Shown piece after piece: positions 18,098-27,474 of a stretch of 64,000 bases of DNA; positions within the stretch are counted from its first letter, which is position 1, and the number at the start of each line of letters is the position of its first letter. The position numbers were made by a program, and so were the translations under genes. Source of the stretch: Terriglobia bacterium (GTDB taxonomy: Bacteria > Acidobacteriota > Terriglobia > 2-12-FULL-54-10); NCBI GenBank assembly GCA_965222345.1, contig CBDCTS010000007.1:114760-178759 (forward strand), read 5' to 3'. The notes below the pieces were generated by a model that searched no databases, was not told the DNA's origin, and saw nothing but the letters and a program-made list of their open reading frames with translations.

Positions 18098-18853
18098 CTA
18101 ATTGACCCACGGGCCCCGCCGCCGCTCTTTGCGGTCCCGCTCACGCATGTAGACTTCAAACTGGCGCTTCCGGCGATAGCGCAGCCAGCGATAATAGTAG
18201 TTGCGGAGGTCGAAAAAGACCGAGCCGCCTCGCATGTAGAAAAATCCAAACATCATTCCGCCCAGGTGCGCTACGTGGCTGATGGAGCCTCCCTGGGCAG
18301 ACACGGCGGAGAGAAAGGCGATACCCCCCAGGATCATGACCAGATACTTGGCGGGCATGGGAATGAAGAAGAAAAAGAAAATCGGAACGTAGATCGTACG
18401 ATTCGGAAACAGCAAGCCGTAGGCCAACAGGATTCCGTATATGGCCCCGGAGGCTCCCACGGTGGGCACCACCGAAGAAGGGCTCAGCAGGACGACGCAC
18501 AACCCGGCCCCGATTCCGGTCAAAAAATAGTAACGGAGAAATCTCCGGCTGCCCCAGGTTCTTTCCAGCTCTCCCCCGAACATCCAAAGCGCAAACATGT
18601 TGAACAGGATGTGCCAGAAGCCGGCATGCAAGAACATATAGGTAACCAACTGCCACACGGCCAGTCGGTGGATGACCGAGTAGGGGGTCAGCATCAGCAT
18701 CTCTCGGATCATCTGGCCGAAACCGCCCGCCCCTGCCAGAATCGTGAAGACGAAGGCGGCAATGTTGGCAATGAGCAGCTTCTTCACGGCGGGCGTCAAC
18801 CCGCCGCCGAATCCGAAACCGATGCCGGTTCGATAAGAACGGTAGTACATCAT
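18098..18853 (-). CDS. Rhomboid-family intramembrane serine protease
   Basis: Multi-TM protein with GASGAIYG (catalytic Ser) and HLGGMMFG (catalytic His). Confidence 0.85.
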   Translation of the reverse strand: MMYYRSYRTGIGFGFGGGLTPAVKKLLIANIAAFVFTILAGAGGFGQMIREMLMLTPYSVIHRLAVWQLVTYMFLHAGFWHILFNMFALWMFGGELERTWGSRRFLRYYFLTGIGAGLCVVLLSPSSVVPTVGASGAIYGILLAYGLLFPNRTIYVPIFFFFFIPMPAKYLVMILGGIAFLSAVSAQGGSISHVAHLGGMMFGFFYMRGGSVFFDLRNYYYRWLRYRRKRQFEVYMRERDRKERRRGPWVN

Positions 18854-19049
18854 TCCACGCGAAAAACGAATATGGCCGCTGCCGGGCGCGCAATCCTCGC
18901 AAAGAATCGCCGCCGCTTGCCTGCGACTGCCTTCAGAATAAGAAATTTAACGGGGAATGTCTAGGAAGTGTTGCGGACATCCCTGCCGCCTGAAAGTTCG
19001 GCGCCAGCACCACGCCTTGGCGGCCTTCCTTCGTGCTAGGATATTTCTC

Positions 19050-19688
19050 ATGTCCGGGCAAACGCGTCTCGACCGATGCTTTCGCGGCTTTGTTTTGACC
19101 GGAGGCCGGAGCAGCCGAATGGGTCAGGACAAAGCTCTGCTTCCGTTCGGAGACCAAACGCTGGCGGCGTGGATGGCGGAGATGGTAAAGGGGATATGCG
19201 GGGAGGTTTCGCTAGTGGGCAGCCGGCAAAAACATTCCGAGCTGGGATTCCCGGTGATTGAGGATGTTTTTCCGGGCAGCGGCCCCCTGGCGCGAATTCA
19301 TGCGGCGCTCGTCCAATCCGAGGCGCCGTTCAACCTGATTGTCGGATGCGACATGCCCAATCTCTCGCCCGATTTTCTGAACCGGCTTCTGGAGATCGCC
19401 ATGGAAGAAAGCCCGGACGCGGTGGTCCCGGAAACGGAAGCATTCGGCTACGAACCGCTCTGCGCAGTATATAGCCGGACCTGCCTTCCCCGAATCGAAG
19501 AAGCTTTGCGCAACGGGAAGCGGAAAATCAGCAGCGTTTTCCCACGCCTGCGCATTCGGGCGGTCGCTTGCCGGGAATGGCGGGCGTTTGACCGGCTCGG
19601 GAATTTGTTCCAAAACCTGAACACCCTGCAGGACTACGAGCAAGCCCGGTCGGAATTTCAGGAGGGGGAGCAAACCTCCGCCGGCTGA
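19050..19688 (+). CDS. mobA: Molybdenum cofactor guanylyltransferase
   Basis: VLTGGRSSRMGQDK near the N-terminus; about 212 aa from the ATG at 19050. Confidence 0.8.
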   Translation: MSGQTRLDRCFRGFVLTGGRSSRMGQDKALLPFGDQTLAAWMAEMVKGICGEVSLVGSRQKHSELGFPVIEDVFPGSGPLARIHAALVQSEAPFNLIVGCDMPNLSPDFLNRLLEIAMEESPDAVVPETEAFGYEPLCAVYSRTCLPRIEEALRNGKRKISSVFPRLRIRAVACREWRAFDRLGNLFQNLNTLQDYEQARSEFQEGEQTSAG

Positions 19689-19714
19689 GAACATTTTCGC
19701 GGCATTCTCCACTC

Positions 19715-20470
19715 ATGGCCAGCCATTACATAGAATTTCAGAACGTCTTCAAATCGTTTGACGGCAAGCGCGTCCTGGAAAGGGTCAGTTTCCACGTCGA
19801 CGCAGGGGAAACGCTGGTCATTCTGGGACGCAGCGGGGTCGGAAAATCCGTGACCCTGGCCCACATGATGGGCTTTCTGAAACCCGATGCCGGAAGCATA
19901 TGGGTGGCAGGCGAGGATATTACGGATTACGATGAGTCTCAGCTCAACCAAATCCGCCGGAAAGTCACCATGGTGTTCCAGTCCGGTGCCTTGTTTGATT
20001 CCCTGACCATCTTTGAAAACGTCGCCTTTCCTCTACGAGAAGCCCCCGACTGGAACGAGAAAAATATCGAGGAGATCGTGGTGGGGTTGCTGAAACTGCT
20101 GGAAATCGACGAACTGGCCGATTCGCTACCCTCGGAGCTGAGCACCGGCATGAAGAGAGCAGCCGCGATCGCCAGGGCTTTAGCCGCGCGTCCGGAAGCC
20201 ATCCTGTACGACGAGCCCACAACGATGGTGGACCCGCTCATGGCTCAGCATATTGAGAATCTAATCGAACGCCTGAAACAGCAGCTCCGACTGACCTCTG
20301 TCGTGGTGACCCATGACACCCGCCTGGCAAAAAAGGTGGGAGATAAAGTGGTGTTTCTGGAAGACGGCCGCGCCGTTTTCTTCAACTCCGTTGATGAGCT
20401 GATTGCTTCCACAGACCCGTTGATTCAGGAATTTATGCGGGAGGACGCTATCCACTCCACTCAGGACTGA
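19715..20470 (+). CDS. ABC transporter ATP-binding protein (MlaF/Mkl-like)
   Basis: Walker A GRSGVGKS, signature LSTGMKR, Walker B ILYDEP. Confidence 0.85.
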   Translation: MASHYIEFQNVFKSFDGKRVLERVSFHVDAGETLVILGRSGVGKSVTLAHMMGFLKPDAGSIWVAGEDITDYDESQLNQIRRKVTMVFQSGALFDSLTIFENVAFPLREAPDWNEKNIEEIVVGLLKLLEIDELADSLPSELSTGMKRAAAIARALAARPEAILYDEPTTMVDPLMAQHIENLIERLKQQLRLTSVVVTHDTRLAKKVGDKVVFLEDGRAVFFNSVDELIASTDPLIQEFMREDAIHSTQD

Positions 20471-20525
20471 TTTGATCTCATGCTCTGCCAAATAAAGGGA
20501 ATTATAAGGGAATTATAAATAATAC

Positions 20526-20554
20526 TTGACATTCTCTGGTTTCTCTGCTATCCT
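20526..20554 (+). promoter_or_regulatory. Putative sigma-70 promoter for the IS1595 transposase (TTGACA-17-TATCCT)
   Basis: The -35 hexamer forms the inner end of the left IR. It lies about 30 nt upstream of the GAGGGGG RBS and the ATG at 20585. Confidence 0.5.
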
Positions 20555-20584
20555 CTTAGCATACTCGAAGAGGGGGAATCGGAC

Positions 20585-21541
20585 ATGAAGAAAGCTCCAG
20601 GCAAAGCCTACCGGAAGGGACTAACGCTAATTGCTCTTATGGAGATGTTTCCGAACGAGACCGCCGCCACGCTCTGGTTTGAGCAGGTTATTTGGGATGG
20701 CAAGCGGGTCTGTGGGAAGTGCAAAAGCCCGAACACTAAGGAAGTCCCGAATGCCAAGCCGATGCCCTATTTCTGCAACGGCTGCCGGGGTTACTTCAGC
20801 GTTCGGACAGGAACCCCCCTGGCTAGTTCCAATGTTCCCCTGCGAAAATGGGCGTTCTCCATTTACCTCTGCCTTACCAGTCTGAAAAGCGTATCCAGCA
20901 TGAAGCTGCACCGTGATATTGGAGTTTCCCAGCCCACGGCGTGGTTCATGCTGCACCGGATTCGGGAAGCCTGGGCGCGGGAAACACCGGGCGGATTCTC
21001 CGGGCCGGTCGAAGCGGATGAGAGTTACTTTGGAGGACGTCGCCGGAACATGAGCAATGCGCGGCGCAAGGCTCTCCAGGATACGGGCCGGGGGCCTGTC
21101 GGCAAGACCGCCGTTGTTGGGATCAAAGACCGGGCCAGTAATCAGGTTCGGGCGAAGGTGGTAGAGCACACCGATTCAGCAACGCTGCAAGGGTTTGTTC
21201 GGAACAACGCCGACCGGGATGCGATTGTGTACACCGATGACGCGCTTGCCTATGACGGCGTTTCCCGCTGGCATGAAACTGTCCGTCACTCGGTCGGTGA
21301 GTACGTCCGGGACATGGCGCATACTAATGGAGTGGAAAGCTTCTGGAGCACCCTCAAACGCGCCCACAAAGGCACGTTTCACCGCCTCTCGCCAAAGCAC
21401 CTGAATCGCTACATCCAGGAGTTTGCCGGAAAGCACAATCTCCGGGAATCAGGAACCCTTGACCAAATGAGAGACACGGTTGCCAGCCTTGTCGGTCGCA
21501 GGCTTCTCCTTCGGGAGCTCGTGGCGGGACAACGGGCTTAG
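20585..21541 (+). CDS. IS1595-family (ISXO2-like) DDE transposase
   Basis: An N-terminal Zn-ribbon (CGKCKS...CNGC) is followed by ADESYFGG, YTDDALAY and NGVESFWSTLKR motifs. Confidence 0.9.
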   Translation: MKKAPGKAYRKGLTLIALMEMFPNETAATLWFEQVIWDGKRVCGKCKSPNTKEVPNAKPMPYFCNGCRGYFSVRTGTPLASSNVPLRKWAFSIYLCLTSLKSVSSMKLHRDIGVSQPTAWFMLHRIREAWARETPGGFSGPVEADESYFGGRRRNMSNARRKALQDTGRGPVGKTAVVGIKDRASNQVRAKVVEHTDSATLQGFVRNNADRDAIVYTDDALAYDGVSRWHETVRHSVGEYVRDMAHTNGVESFWSTLKRAHKGTFHRLSPKHLNRYIQEFAGKHNLRESGTLDQMRDTVASLVGRRLLLRELVAGQRA

Positions 21542-21579
21542 CTCCTTGGCTCGAACCTGAGTGTGTTAAGATTGGGCAC

Positions 21580-21987
21580 ATGAACTGGATAGAGGCAAAG
21601 CGGAATTGCTCCCTTAAGGTTGAGTTTGTCAAGTTGCGGGAGGGTATCGAAGCGGACACCCAAGAACGGAACAAGGATTTTAAGCAGTTTGAAACGCAGA
21701 CAGGACATCCCTTATTCGAGCTCAAAAAGGGTTCCACAAAAATGTTTTGGGTGCACGAAAACCGAGGACATCCCAAATCCGCTCCCGCGATTGACTTCTG
21801 CCTGGAAACAGACCACATCTACATCGAACCAAAGGGAAAAGAAGGCCTTAAAGTCGGCATCAATCTGAACAAGGAGTTGGAGTGTCGCTACACGCTCAAC
21901 GGGGAGGAGTACACCCGCGAGCAGATTTCCCGACTGGTTCTGGAGCCTCTGTTTTTTGGGTCTCGCCTGACAGCGGATTACTCTTAG
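21580..21987 (+). CDS. Hypothetical passenger protein of the IS1595 element
   Basis: 135-aa ORF 38 bp after the transposase stop on the same strand. No family recognised. Confidence 0.4.
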   Translation: MNWIEAKRNCSLKVEFVKLREGIEADTQERNKDFKQFETQTGHPLFELKKGSTKMFWVHENRGHPKSAPAIDFCLETDHIYIEPKGKEGLKVGINLNKELECRYTLNGEEYTREQISRLVLEPLFFGSRLTADYS

Positions 21988-22431
21988 GGGTCTTGACCTT
22001 AGTTCCCTTGCGCGGACGTAGCAGAGCGCGGGCCAGCGTCTCCGGGGTTGCCCCCTTCAAATCAGTTTCCGGGTCGAGCATCGGCTTTCTCATGCTATAC
22101 TCCCTCCCGTGTTGCAATATGGACACGGTTTGTTGTATTATATCCACAGACTAAAGAGTGTGCCAGATGTCAACCACAGCAACGCAAACCACTCAGTCCG
22201 CACAAACAGCCCGGCTGTTCGATTTGGCGGGCGGCATTGTCAAGTTTCTCGACAGCAAGAAAGCGAGCCCAGACGAGAAAGCTTTCGCATTGTCCATTGC
22301 TCAAAAAGTCACTTCCTTTTCGGAGATGGGCAAGCTCTTTCAAGAGCCTCAGCGATCCTCTTGAGCTGAGCGGCTATTTCGGTTAACGTCTTGATCGTCA
22401 CACGGTCGTCCGTCATCTGAAAGTCTCCTCT

Positions 22432-22737
22432 CTAGTTGATTCTATCGGGAGGTTCTGGTGGATCATCGAAAAAGTCAAATAAAGAGAAATCTCGATTCTT
22501 CTCCAGAAAATCGGCAACGAGTTGCAAGTCGTCCCAAACGGAAGGGTCTTCGCGCGGAGCGTGGCGCAAACGCTCAATCAAACGATCCAAAAGCGGGTGC
22601 CCAGGAGCCTTCGCCTTCTCCTCAAGTATTTGAAGCATATAAACAATGGCTAATAGAAACCACTGAAGCGCTTGCGGAGACACTGGAGGCATTGCTGAAA
22701 GGAGCCGTTTCCCGCTCATAATCTCATCTCCCTCCAA
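22432..22737 (-). CDS. Hypothetical acidic passenger protein of the IS1595 element
   Basis: 101-aa ORF reading inward from the right IR. A 35-codon ORF (22309-22416) with a strong GAGGAG RBS follows it 15 nt downstream. Confidence 0.35.
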   Translation of the reverse strand: MEGDEIMSGKRLLSAMPPVSPQALQWFLLAIVYMLQILEEKAKAPGHPLLDRLIERLRHAPREDPSVWDDLQLVADFLEKNRDFSLFDFFDDPPEPPDRIN

Positions 22738-22824
22738 TTCGGTTTCCCCATGCCTGGGGCATAATACGGAAGGGAGAGGTGGGTGTCAAGTATTATTTAT
22801 AATTCCCCAAATAAAAAATACGGA

Positions 22825-25185
22825 TTAAACTTTCCTTGTCGGCTTTTTGGAGATGAGTTCTTCTAATTCAACGTGATTCGGACTCAGCAGCTCTTTAACG
22901 CGTTCACTGTTGACCCCAGCTACAATGATGTCCCCAATCTCCGTGTTGACATCGTTATAAATCCCCAAGGCTTTCATTCCATTGGCCTGTTTCTCATTAT
23001 CCGCAGTTGGATTCACATAATGCACCGAATCACTTTTATACCGATGAAACAAAAACAAATGGATCAATGTCATTAACCGTTTTTTTCGAAAGGTTTCGCT
23101 GAACGTATTTTGATCCCTGATAGACAAAAGATTCTTGCCCCGAAGATCGTGTATAGAAGCAAATACCGCATTGGCGATCTTAGTGTTCGATTCATCTAAA
23201 ATATTCAATTCCAGCAAATCGGACCCGGCAATATGCGGACGCAGTTCAACACGCAAGGACCCGGCGATTTTGTAGTGTTTCGACCAAAGCTCAACCCACC
23301 CTTCCAGCAATCTGGGCGGAACCTCCGTCTGAACCGAATGCTGATACTGCGTGGAGCCTTTGCCCATTGCCTTGGTTGTTGCCGTGCGTCCGGACGTTGC
23401 CATCAGGGCTCCGTCTGCGCGAGGTCCGCCGGCATGGGTTTGGGGGTTCTGATACGGTGAATCGACAAGCCGGAATTGCCGTTGCAGCCGGGCCAATGCA
23501 AGCATTCCGTCTTCCAGCAATGCGCTGGCAAATTGTTCAGAGGCCAACCCGTCGATTTGATGCCCGCCATAGGTGATGAAGTTGAAAACGAACCCGAGCT
23601 TTCCCAGCTCTTTGGGAAAGTCAGCCATCTCGTCCTCGCTCATGCCCGTCGTGTCCCAATTGAATGAGGGGGACAGATTGTATGCCAGCATCTTTTCCGG
23701 ATACACCGCATGGATGGCATCCGCAAAAGTTTTTGCATCAGCCAAATCCGCCGTCTTCGTTTCCATCCACAGCATTTCCGCAAAGGGTGCAACAGCCAGC
23801 GACTTTTCAATTGCATAATCAATCCCGCCTTGCACCTGATAAAAACCCTCCGGCGTTCTTGACAATTCGCAATCCCAGGAAGCTTCAATGCCCATGGACC
23901 TGGCTTGATCGCGGGCTTCGGAATGCGAGACGGTCTTTGCAAAATGGAGCCATTCGTCAATGGTCATCTGATGCTGTCTTCCTTCTTCGATCTGGAATTC
24001 CATCAATTCCGCTACCGCCTCCGCATATGTCTTTAATCCTGATTTCACTTCCCATGTGTCGACGAACTTTGTCACAACCTTGTCCAGCAGATTAGTGATG
24101 CGCCCTGCCATTCCCCCCTTCACGGACTTAATGTTTTCATCCATGTAAGCCTGCAGTCCTTCTTGCTCAAACCATTCGTAGGCTTCTTCATATTCGGAAT
24201 TGGAGATTTTGTACAGCAAGTGGCCGTTCACATCCTTGATTCCCTTGTCATAGAATCTTTTCAGCAATGCCAGGTAGCAATTCTTGTAGCCCGGCAGATC
24301 TGTTTTCGTTGCGCCTAAGATGAAAGGATGATCGCGCTCATCGCCTCGTCCATCCAGCAGCGTAGCCGCTTCGGCATCCGTTCGGGCAACAATGATTCCG
24401 GGCACCATCATCAGATCCAACTGAAACCGCGCGGCATTCAGCCTTTTGATCTGTTCGTCCACCGGAACCAGGACCTTTCCACCCTGATGCCCGCATTTTT
24501 TGGTGCCCGGTTTTTGATCCTCAATGTGGTATCCAGACACCCCTGCTTCAACAAACCTGCGTATCAGGTTTCTGACATGAGACTCCCCCCCGTGTCCCGT
24601 GTCCGCATCGGCGATGATCCATGGCCGGAAATCATATTTTCGAGCAGACTTCCGCTCCTGATCCGTCATTCTTGATCGCATAAACTTTTGGTTCTTGTCC
24701 GCAGCAAGGAGAGCGCGGACCAGTGTAGCTGCTTCATCCGGCACTTGGCTAAGCGGGTAACTGGCTAAATCGGGGCCGGGGTCCTCCGTTGTGGACCCTT
24801 TGGCCGAAGTCGCCCAGCCACCCAAATAGATTCCTTCGATACCCGTCCTTTTCATCATCACTGCCTGCCCCGGCGAATAGGGTCCAAAGGAAGTAATCTG
24901 CTCCCGCTTGGAAAACAATTCCCTCAAACGCTTGTAAAACTCTTCCGAGGCTTTTCTTGCTATCGGATAGTCATTCTCAATCGTCCCTCGCTGCTGTACG
25001 ACTTGAGCCGCCGAGTAAAGACGCGTGATGTCTTTGAATCGAGGTTTGCCAAACCACCTTTTCATTTCCTGAACTTCGCGTTCAAACGAAGCCACTTCGT
25101 CTTCCGCTTCGGATTGAATCTGCCTGTGCGGGATAAAATCTAACTTTTCGGAGGCACTGGTGTCACTTTTGTTAATAGCACGCAT
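22825..25185 (-). CDS. aceA: Isocitrate lyase, long (ICL2-type, about 786 aa) isoform
   Basis: [13 protein letters not shown] active-site signature. About 350 aa longer than canonical bacterial ICL, with an internal insertion and a C-terminal extra domain. Confidence 0.9.
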   Translation of the reverse strand: MRAINKSDTSASEKLDFIPHRQIQSEAEDEVASFEREVQEMKRWFGKPRFKDITRLYSAAQVVQQRGTIENDYPIARKASEEFYKRLRELFSKREQITSFGPYSPGQAVMMKRTGIEGIYLGGWATSAKGSTTEDPGPDLASYPLSQVPDEAATLVRALLAADKNQKFMRSRMTDQERKSARKYDFRPWIIADADTGHGGESHVRNLIRRFVEAGVSGYHIEDQKPGTKKCGHQGGKVLVPVDEQIKRLNAARFQLDLMMVPGIIVARTDAEAATLLDGRGDERDHPFILGATKTDLPGYKNCYLALLKRFYDKGIKDVNGHLLYKISNSEYEEAYEWFEQEGLQAYMDENIKSVKGGMAGRITNLLDKVVTKFVDTWEVKSGLKTYAEAVAELMEFQIEEGRQHQMTIDEWLHFAKTVSHSEARDQARSMGIEASWDCELSRTPEGFYQVQGGIDYAIEKSLAVAPFAEMLWMETKTADLADAKTFADAIHAVYPEKMLAYNLSPSFNWDTTGMSEDEMADFPKELGKLGFVFNFITYGGHQIDGLASEQFASALLEDGMLALARLQRQFRLVDSPYQNPQTHAGGPRADGALMATSGRTATTKAMGKGSTQYQHSVQTEVPPRLLEGWVELWSKHYKIAGSLRVELRPHIAGSDLLELNILDESNTKIANAVFASIHDLRGKNLLSIRDQNTFSETFRKKRLMTLIHLFLFHRYKSDSVHYVNPTADNEKQANGMKALGIYNDVNTEIGDIIVAGVNSERVKELLSPNHVELEELISKKPTRKV

Positions 25186-25369
25186 GTAAAGTTGAATCCT
25201 TTATTGGCAATTGGCACATCCTGGTTGTTTAACGCGGAAAAGCACCGGCAGCACTCCGGAGGGGAAAGCAACCTGTTGTGCTTGGTTCATTATCGATTAT
25301 TCATTTCCCCCTTCAACTGCATCCGTCGCTTCTTGCTCTCGGTCTCCTCTCTCTCGCAGCAAGCGGAAG

Positions 25370-27034
25370 CTAGCTCAAATGCTCATAGGCTGGAAGCGTC
25401 AAAAATTGAACCAGCTCCTTTTTCGTTATGAACTGGCCAAAAATCTCGCTGGCCAAGGAATACCGGCCCTCCGCGTACCGCGCGTCGCCCATGACGGAGC
25501 GGATTTTGTCCATCTCTTCCCGGAGCAGAGCGAGCGACAAATCAACCGTGATCTTCCGCCCGTCGGGCAAAGCGGCCCCGTGCCGAACCCACTGCCAGAC
25601 CTGCGCCCGGGAGATCTCCGAGGTGGCCGCATCCTCCATCAGATGATAGAGGGGAACGCAGCCATTGCCGCGCAACCACGCTTCCAGATATTGCACGCCC
25701 ACGCCGAGGTTGGTTCGAAGACCCGTTTCCGTGATCGTTCCTGCGGGAACCTTCAGCAGGTCAGCGGCGGTCACCTGCACGTCTTCGCGCAAAACGTGAA
25801 TTTGGTGCGCCCCCGGCATGGCAGCGTCAAACACCTGCGTGGCGACCGGCACCAGCCCGGGATGCGCTACCCAGGTTCCGTCGTGCCCGTCTCCCGCTTC
25901 ACGGTCCTTGTCTTCGAACACTTTGGCGATGGCTTGGGCGTTGGCTTCCGGATTGTTCTTGATCGGTATCTGCGGGGCCATGCCTCCGATGGCATGAATC
26001 CCGCGCCGGTGGCAGGTCTGGATAGCGAGGAGCGAATAGCTCCTCAGAAAATGCCTGGCCATGGTCACTTGAGCGCGGTCCGGGAGAATGAAGCTGGGAT
26101 ATTTGTGAAACTTCTTGATAAAACTAAAGATGTAATCCCAGCGCCCGCAATTCAGGCCGGCAGAATGCTGCCTCAGCTCATGAAGGATTTCGTGCATCTC
26201 AAAGGCCGCCAGGATGGTTTCAATCAGCACGGTGGCCTTGATGGTGCCCAGGGGAACCCCGAGTTCGGTTTGCGCCATCACAAAGACGTCGTTCCAGAGC
26301 CGGGCTTCCAAATGGTTTTCCAATTTGGGCAGATAAAAATAGGGTCCGGTTCCTTTTTCCCGCAGCGCTCCGGCGTTGTGATAAAAATACAGGCCAAAAT
26401 CGAAAATCCCTGCGGGCGCCTGCTTGCCATCGATCAGCAGGTGCTTTTCCAGCAGGTGCCAGCCTCGCGGACGAACCAGCAGCGTAGCCACATCTTTCTT
26501 TAACGAGTAAATCACTCCTTGCGGATTGACGAATTGGATCGTGCGATTGACAGCGTCGCGAACGTTCACCTGGCCCAGAACCGTGGACTCCCATTCCGGA
26601 GAATGCGCATCCTCGAAATCGGCCATGTAAACCTTGGCTCCGGAATTCAGCGCATTGATGACCATTTTGCGGTCCACCGGGCCGGTGATTTCCACGCGCC
26701 GGTCCTGCAGGTCCTGCGGAACGGAGGCTACAGTCCAGGAATCCCTGCGAAGCTCCTCGGTTTCAGGAAGAAAATCCGGCAATACGCCGGCATCGATTTC
26801 CGCCTGCTTCTCCGCTCTTCTCTGAAGCAGGGATTCGCGCGGTGCGGAGAATTTCCGCACCAGCTTCGCCACAAAACGCACCGCATCCGGGGTCAGGATT
26901 TCCGCCATCTGCGCGGAGACGGGCCCTCGAATCTCGATCCCTTCCGGCTGTAATATGCGGTTTAGCTCCGTGCCCGGGCTGGTTCCGTCTTTGCCTGTTC
27001 TTTGTTCTTTGGAGGATGTTAATTTTGTATTCAT
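25370..27034 (-). CDS. aceB: Malate synthase A
   Basis: 554-aa protein with a full-length malate synthase A pattern (...DFEDA..., ...GLNCGRWDYIFS...). Confidence 0.9.
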   Translation of the reverse strand: MNTKLTSSKEQRTGKDGTSPGTELNRILQPEGIEIRGPVSAQMAEILTPDAVRFVAKLVRKFSAPRESLLQRRAEKQAEIDAGVLPDFLPETEELRRDSWTVASVPQDLQDRRVEITGPVDRKMVINALNSGAKVYMADFEDAHSPEWESTVLGQVNVRDAVNRTIQFVNPQGVIYSLKKDVATLLVRPRGWHLLEKHLLIDGKQAPAGIFDFGLYFYHNAGALREKGTGPYFYLPKLENHLEARLWNDVFVMAQTELGVPLGTIKATVLIETILAAFEMHEILHELRQHSAGLNCGRWDYIFSFIKKFHKYPSFILPDRAQVTMARHFLRSYSLLAIQTCHRRGIHAIGGMAPQIPIKNNPEANAQAIAKVFEDKDREAGDGHDGTWVAHPGLVPVATQVFDAAMPGAHQIHVLREDVQVTAADLLKVPAGTITETGLRTNLGVGVQYLEAWLRGNGCVPLYHLMEDAATSEISRAQVWQWVRHGAALPDGRKITVDLSLALLREEMDKIRSVMGDARYAEGRYSLASEIFGQFITKKELVQFLTLPAYEHLS

Positions 27035-27474
27035 AGCTCGCGCCTAATCTCTGCTCTCGCCAAAGTTTTTATCTCTCTCCCAATTCCTGATTCGCTAAAG
27101 GCAAACCTTCGGTCAAAATCGCAGCGTGCCCCCGTCTCCCACCGGTTTGCCAGAAGTGGAATGCAAATGGCCGCTCTGCGTGCCGAGACAATCCCGCCGG
27201 TGAAAAATCCCTTTTCAACTGGCGTTGTTAAAGGCTGGCCTCCCGCTGAAGACGCCGGATTTTCGATCTTCCCCTAAGTCTTTGGCCTGATTGGCTCTTC
27301 CTCAATCGTGACCTGCCCTTACTATTAAACGACATTCAGGACTATTCGTAAAACTAATAATTATTATATATTTAATAAAAATTTATTATATTCGATAACT
27401 AATCCACTCCCTTCCCGCGCTTTTGTTTTCTGAAGCGGCCGAATCGGTATGTGGCCGACAAGATTGGAGTTTTG

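Larger units (their letters stand above)
20497..22807 (+). mobile_element. IS1595-family element with passenger ORFs (about 2.3 kb)
   Basis: Perfect 24-bp terminal inverted repeats GGGAATTATAAATAATACTTGACA at 20508-20531 and 22784-22807. 8-bp direct duplication CAAATAAA at 20489-20496 and 22808-22815. The first 11 bp of the IR are tandemly duplicated at 20497-20507. Confidence 0.85.

Noticed and set aside
25211-26503. The 430-aa plus-strand ORF, and similar long ORFs at 8670-9638, 35315-36748, 40927-42084, 45714-46553, 47106-47933, 60425-61357 and 62808-63947
   Set aside because: Each lies antisense to or out of frame within a confidently identified gene (aceB, the carboxyltransferase, fumarase, coaBC, priA, modC, pcm/Smr). 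Their Arg/Gly/Pro/Ala-rich composition is typical of spurious ORFs in GC-rich DNA, and I recognised no protein family motifs.
27340-27400. A dif-like XerC/XerD site (11-6-11 structure around TTATTA-TATATT-TAATAA)
   Set aside because: The arms are 9 of 11 palindromic, but the highly conserved XerD-arm core (TTATGTnAAnT) and the inner ATAA/TTAT bases are absent. The context is a promoter region between an IS and aceB, not a terminus-like region. An A/T-rich regulatory tract is the more economical explanation.
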